NCBI GenBank assembly: GCA_039545335.1
Contig: BCIN01000001.1
Location: forward strand, 2,291,129 to 2,355,128
Direction of reading: 5' to 3'
Length of the DNA: 64,000 nucleotides
Source: Kondoa subrosea
Lineage: Eukaryota
Both the position numbers and the translations under genes were made by a program. Of the stretch, positions 61,150-64,000 are shown one piece after another. A model generated the notes under the pieces. It searched no databases, was not told the DNA's origin, and saw only the letters and a list, made by a program, of their open reading frames with translations. The stretch's first letter is position 1. Each line of letters starts with the position of its first letter.

Positions 61150-63848
61150 TTACAAATTAGCTGACTCAACGCGCTTAACTTCCGATACATCCCAGTCGTC
61201 ACAAGCGATTGCAATGGCTTCCATGACATGAAGAGCTCTCTGAATGAGCATATACGATGGTGATGCAGATGGTGTAAACTTCAGCAATTGGCTGCCGAAA
61301 TCGTTACATCAGCTCTCGGCCTTCAACTCAAAGGGATTGACAGCCTACCGCAAGATCAGAGGGTAGCGAGACAGCCTCTGCACTGGCATTATGATGATAT
61401 CGGAAAAGCTGAGTTCTTTTGAAGAAGTGGATCGACTTTGATGAGCTACACTCTGCCTTTTCGCTCTAGAAGCAGTCACTGACGCCCAGCTTCTTCTTCT
61501 GTCAAACTTGAGCGATGAAGAGCTGCTTTGAGGTTCTGAGCTGGCTGCTCTCCGGTGATTGCGAACCGGTGCTTGCACAATCGGGATTCGTAAAGCAGCC
61601 ATACATTCGTCAAGGATTCTCACGAAATCCAGAAAAGCTTCCCGCATCTCGTCTTCCAGACTAAGAAAGGTGGCACCTACGCCATATGGTGTCGGATCGT
61701 CCTCAATCTTTTTGCAAAGTTGATCAGAGAGAATTAGAATATTAGGTAAATAGGTTCGCAGAAGATTGATGTGTTCCGATTCTTGAGGTAGGGGAAAGCT
61801 TGATGGGATTGATGGATCAGGATTATGAGCTGGAAGACTAGCTGTGGACAATGACAGGTGCATTTCTGATGATAGGGTAGCATGATCTTCCGATATAGAA
61901 GATGAAAAGGGTAACGCAGGAGGAATCGATTTGTCCAGATGCTAAAGATAGTGATGAGCATGTTGAGTCGATATAGAGACGAAATGCATACATTCAACAA
62001 GGCACTGAGATGTCTTGCATAACTTTTTTCCGTTATTATCAATTCACGTATAATAAAACAAGCTTGAGTATGGTCGAAGTCCGCTTGTTGACTGATCAAA
62101 TCCATGTTTTTCGTATTTCGGAAGTGATGCATTGCCTGAAGAAAAGTGCCGTCATCGTCAATGCCCATGAGTGTACTGAGAGCCTTGCCCTTCTCCTTCT
62201 CAACTTGTGCTATTGCTCTGACTGCTTGTGCGGAGCTAGACAGCTTTTCGACGTCGCTGTCCTCGTCTTGACCCTGTATACCACTCTCAGACCAGGTAAA
62301 GCTAGGCCCTTTTTTTCGAGCGGGAAGATGCTGATCTTGCGAAGGTATCCTTGGACTACTGATCTGATCTACAGTTGGCGAAACGGGCGTTTCTTCTACA
62401 GGAGAAGAACACGTTGGTTCAGATCCATCGAGTATAGATTCATAACGAGTAGATTTGAAACCATTGACGGGATCTTCGACTATTGCTACATCGGCTTGTC
62501 GTACTGTAGCATCTTTGGTTGCCTTAGTAGGTCGTCTCTTCAATTTCTTCGTGTTGCTTGGCACGGATGTAGCTTCTGAAACTGCAGATTTGGTTCGCTT
62601 CAATATTCCCAGTGCTTCGCCAACGCTCTGTAGAGTACTTCTTCTCCGCAGAGGTTCTTTACTTGTCGCTGATACAGGCACAACGGGAGCTGTTTTGGCA
62701 GCAGAAGCGGTCTCTTCGACTGCATTGTAGTGGAAGAGAGGTTCTTCATTCGCTTCAATGCCCCAATCCGATTCTACAGGAGGGCTGTTGGGAGTAGGGA
62801 TCCCGGAAGACGAGTGCGAAGAGTTATGATAGCTGTTAGAAGGAGTTGATAAACTTGAGCTGGATGCAGCAGGCCTTCTTGCTTGAAGGGGAATGTTCTC
62901 GCTGGTAGGCTGATCTGATTCCCTTCTTTTTTTCTTCAATTTAATCGAACGTCTTGGTGAAGTTTGCCCCTGTTCTGGTAGTATTATGCTGCTTGATGGT
63001 GCAGATACTGCTATTGGAGTAGCCAGAGGTGGCAGTATGGGCGATGATGTGGCATCTATCGAAGCTGACCGAGGAGGAGCATGTTGCCAAAGAAAGGGCA
63101 TATCTTCAAGCTCCTGGCTCTTCTCTCGACTCATGACGGAAGAAGCTAATGGTGAATTCATCGAAGGGGAAGCGACGGAAGGCGGTATAGGAACGGACAT
63201 CTGTGACATTCGCGGTGAAGGTATAGGTCGAATGAAAGTGGAATTAGCCTTGGTCGGAGGACTAGGTAGAGGTCTGTGAAAGAGAGCCTTCGCCGGTTCT
63301 GCCTTTGTAGAATAGACTATATCGTGCAGTGGGAATGAAGCCGGAAGGGAGCGCATGAGAGCTGGTATTTCCGATGCTGTTCGTCTCTGCATAGGAAGAC
63401 CTTCGATGAAGGTCGTTCTATTAGCCTTCTGGACTTCTTCGCCGAATGATGCTACTCGACGTCGTTGACTACCTAATTCTGCTTGAGCCGATGTAGGAGG
63501 GGAAGAAAACTTTGATCTGCTTGCAAGATCATACGGACTGGATAACAAGGGATCGTAGAAGGATGCGTGAGGCAAGTTGGGCGAATCATAGTCCTTCTTC
63601 CGGGAAGATTTCGCTGCTGGTCCTCTCAAGCTTCGTCTGTGAGGATTACTGTGACCAGATCTTGAGTCTGTCTCCTTGAACGATCCAGTTGAAGGTGAGC
63701 TCGGTTGCTGATTTAGAACATTCGATTGCTGGTTGATTGGCGAGATCTTGCCTGGCCATCTGTCGGGTGTCGTCAACTGTGTCCCTTGGGTAGTCGTTGA
63801 AGATTGTGACGCATAAGACTCGTCAGAATTGGTCTTGCGGAAATTCAT
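61150..63848 (-). CDS. Dbl-homology (RhoGEF) domain protein with a long disordered N-terminus
   Basis: FIIRELIITEKSYARHLSAL ... DIIIMPVQRLSRYPLILRQLLKFTP are the conserved DH regions CR1 and CR3. The protein ends shortly after the DH domain (TAA 61150-61152) with no PH domain. The start may lie further upstream. Confidence 0.8.
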
Positions 63849-64000
63849 TTTGTCAAAGCACTGAGCACAGCATGACAGCTGTCACAGCGAGAGGGAGACG
63901 GTAAGATAACAGGAATCTGACGAAGTCCAGCGAGCCAGAGATATAGACCTTCTGAGGAGTAGAAACGTTTCTAATCTAGACCTTGCCAGTGACAGAAGCC

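Noticed and set aside
62010..63279. Long plus-strand ORFs opposite the RhoGEF (and similar antisense ORFs elsewhere)
   Set aside because: They are shadow frames of real genes with no recognisable motifs.
1..64000. tRNA, rRNA, transposon, CRISPR or riboswitch signatures
   Set aside because: I saw no cloverleaf/T-loop, terminal repeats, transposase or RT motifs, repeat-spacer arrays or TPP aptamer motifs by eye. tRNAscan-SE and Rfam scans would be needed to exclude them fully.

Overview
This is a compact, intron-rich fungal genome segment, most likely from a basidiomycete yeast (inferred from the protein families and the ~45-60 nt GT-AG introns with CTRAY-like branch points). It holds about 29 protein-coding genes in 64 kb, with very short intergenic gaps. 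I saw no tRNA, rRNA, transposon or CRISPR. Most genes are housekeeping: TRA2-like, RPL18, SGF29, two kinases, ADP1-type ABCG, CAP1, Derlin, U1-70K, RTT109, EAF7, SLA2, CAT2, RRS1, CWC27, GEM1 and others. The most striking arrangement is a molybdo-flavoenzyme module: xanthine dehydrogenase (hxA/XDH) sits head-to-head with its dedicated activator, molybdenum-cofactor sulfurase (hxB/MOCOS). They share a 161-bp spacer rich in GATA sites and CGG triplets, and the sulfurase stop codon overlaps the stop codon of the convergent CAT2 gene in a CTAG palindrome. Other highlights are a 435-nt structured RPL18 intron (candidate C/D snoRNA plus a frame-preserving alternative acceptor leading to a premature stop), an atypical U1-70K intron, a tiny spliced CHZ-motif gene divergent from RTT109, CAP1/DER1 start codons only 28 bp apart, and 9-nt microexons that split catalytic motifs. 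Exon boundaries were read by eye and gene calls come from motif recognition; no database searches were run.
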